Below, piece after piece: positions 63,780-64,000 of a DNA stretch of 64,000 nucleotides. Origin of the DNA: Macrostomum lignano (lineage: Eukaryota); assembly GCA_002269645.1 (NCBI GenBank), contig NIVC01000087.1, positions 558,001 to 622,000 of the forward strand, written 5' to 3'. The notes under the pieces were generated by a model, which was not told the DNA's origin, did no database searches, and saw only the letters and a program-made list of their open reading frames with translations. Position 1 is the stretch's first letter; the number at the start of each line of letters is the position of its first letter. The translations under genes were made by a program, and so were the position numbers.

Positions 63780-64000
63780 CATTGGGGTGGGGGCGATTCT
63801 CATTGGGATGGGGGCGATTCTCATTGGGATGGGGGCGATTCTCATTGGGATGGGAGCGATTCTCATTGGAATGGGAGCGATTCTCATCGGAATGGGAGCG
63901 ATTATTATTGAATGGGAGCGATTCTCATTGGGATGGGACCGTCTCGTTGGGATGGGGGCGATTCTCATTGGGATGGGAGCGATTCTCATTGGGATGGGAG
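63780..64000. repeat. 21-bp G-rich minisatellite related to the 62385-63150 array (runs off the window)
   Basis: Unit ATTCTCATTGGGATGGG(G/A)GCG. Confidence 0.92.

Overview
Eukaryotic (animal) genomic DNA, not prokaryotic. It has GT-AG spliced genes with GC-rich exons, and introns and intergenic regions packed with minisatellites and microsatellites. The style resembles a free-living flatworm such as Macrostomum, but that is inference only. Seven protein-coding loci can be reconstructed by hand. (1) G-protein alpha-s, + strand, 6 exons 3414-15739, first exon upstream of the window. (2) A type II membrane GH65/PGGHG-like protein whose catalytic motifs appear lost, + strand, 19106-22407. (3) A DMRTA-class DM-domain transcription factor, - strand, 36034-30536. 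(4) A divergent ~1520-aa TRPA-family channel with one apparent frameshift, a ~100-aa Cys-rich S1-S2 loop and a Gly at the acidic filter position, + strand, 40349-47068. (5) A single-exon putative neuropeptide prohormone, - strand, 51037-50729. (6) TPPP/p25-alpha, - strand, 59439-58288. (7) The last exon of a single-pass membrane protein with PPxY and PDZ-type motifs, - strand, 63706-63305. Also present: a MITE with a 9-bp target-site duplication, a fold-back element, two tRNA-derived SINE-like elements (one with a CORE/MIR-like domain) and about 30 tandem-repeat arrays. Most long ORFs in the supplied track are read-throughs of these repeats. No rRNA, CRISPR array or intact transposase/RT gene is visible. 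All homology calls come from motif recognition by eye; no searches were run.
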